From: Zygnema circumcarinatum SAG 698-1b | Taxonomy: Eukaryota; Plantae; Zygnematophyceae | Reading direction: 5' to 3' | DNA: 64,000 nucleotides | Assembly (NCBI GenBank): GCA_037447605.1 | Contig: CM074807.1 | Location: 1,116,001 to 1,180,000 of the forward strand | In this document: positions 62,931 to 64,000 of the stretch, piece after piece | How the letters are laid out: each line of letters begins with the position of its first letter | Position numbering within the stretch: position 1 is the first letter of the stretch | Position numbers and translations under genes: made by a program | Notes under the pieces: model-generated | Databases searched by the model: none | Told to the model about the DNA's origin: nothing | The model's input: only the letters and a program-made list of their open reading frames with translations

Positions 62931-64000
62931 ATGTTTGATATTATTTGTGAGGCAGACGACATGGTAAGAACCTGGACTAAACAATTTTTGGCATCAGAAA
63001 AACATACCGTGAAGCCGTTTGAAGCACACTTTCAAATCGTTCCCTACTCTGCAGAGACCAGAGATATCAGTGAACTAGGATTGGCTTGCTTGAATGTAAG
63101 TGCAGATCGCGCGTCCTATGTCATGCAATACCAGTCACTTGGAAACATACCGTTGGATGTCCTGCAATATTGATCACTTTGGCTCTCGTACAGGCCAAGC
63201 AATTTGGAAAAGGTGGCATCGAAAAGGAGCCCGATTTTGCTGCAGAAGGAGCATACAACAAAAACATTAAACAAGATGTGAAGGAGGATTCTGCGGAGAC
63301 GTATACGAGTTATAAGCAAGCGGTGGTGAAATTTGTCGATCCTCAAGTTCGACTGCTTGCTGAAGAACCTCAGCAAACTACCTTGCGTTCTTCAGAAGAT
63401 ATTGTGCGAAAATTCAGCGATGGCCCACCTTTTCCAGATGCGACCGGAAAAGGGAGCACACGCCTCCGTAGGAAACGATGTGCAGGTGACACGTGTGCAC
63501 ATTGCAGCAGGTCAAGGGCACTTGGATGCCCTCAATGTATGATGCGTGTAGCACATCTGTATTCCCTAGACATGTTAATTCCCTCAAGGCTCAAGCACAA
63601 GAAGTAACATCAATGTACAAATTGGCGTGAACATGTTCAAAAGTGGAGAGCCGCAACAAGCTATTGACGCAAAGTAACAACTATCTGTTCTTTGCAGGCT
63701 CTTCTTGTTAGGGAGCCCTCAGCTGCCAATGCTATTGCAGCGACTAGAGATACTCCTCTACTCTGGCCAGTTCGAAATAATCAATTTAATCGTGTTAAGC
63801 TTCTTCTATCTTATGGTGCTGACAAAGGGACACTTAATCTAAGGTAAGTCACTTCGAATGTGTCGCAACTTGCAGTTTCTCCCGCGCTAGTGAATCTGTT
63901 TGGCTGTACGTCAGCTTGTCTTCATGATTGTTCCCCTTGTAAATTGACGTATGATGGTGCTCAGGGGTGAACGCATGTCAATCGATTTGGATCACACGGG
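62931..64000 (+). CDS. Ankyrin-repeat protein, partial (5' start unresolved, runs off the window end)
   Basis: Exon fragments KGAHASVGNDVQVTRVHIAAGQGHLDALN|ALLV...RDTPLLWPVRNNQFNRVKLLLSYGADKGTLNL|RGER match the ankyrin consensus spacing. Confidence 0.65.

Noticed and set aside
63190-63540. Apparent frameshift in the ankyrin gene (GDTCAH versus VHIAAGQGH)
   Set aside because: Phase-0 acceptors at 63395 or 63437 place the ankyrin-like frame directly after the donor near 63097, so no frameshift is needed.

Overview
Gene-dense, intron-containing eukaryotic DNA of a green-plant lineage. The divergent plant-type proteins suggest a charophyte alga or bryophyte (inference). Twelve spliced or single-exon genes can be reconstructed by hand: NC2-alpha/DRAP1 (+), an atypical Fam20/PI4K-fold kinase-like protein (-), AIP2-like RING E3 ligase (+), RLP24 (-), small ZNF706/At2g23090-like zinc finger (+), trihelix Myb/SANT TF (-), class-B HSF (-), class-3 lipase (-), mitochondrial ATP synthase OSCP (+), CREST-family membrane hydrolase (-), PICKLE/CHD3 remodeler (+) and EXO1 (+), plus a partial ankyrin-repeat gene at the right edge. 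Most genes lie head-to-head around GC-rich promoters with recurring bZIP palindromes. Notable non-coding structure: (1) a 777-bp TIR/TSD-bounded element made of twelve ~43-bp double-palindrome units around a 202-bp hairpin; (2) a 408-bp hAT-type MITE; (3) an ~865-nt almost pure purine (GAGAGG)n intronic tract; (4) a U12-type AT-AC intron in EXO1 and two GC-AG introns in PKL; (5) a 50-aa uORF in the HSFB leader; (6) a 7-nt micro-exon candidate behind the trihelix stop codon. No tRNA, rRNA or CRISPR array is supported. Exon boundaries were inferred by eye and are not expression-validated.
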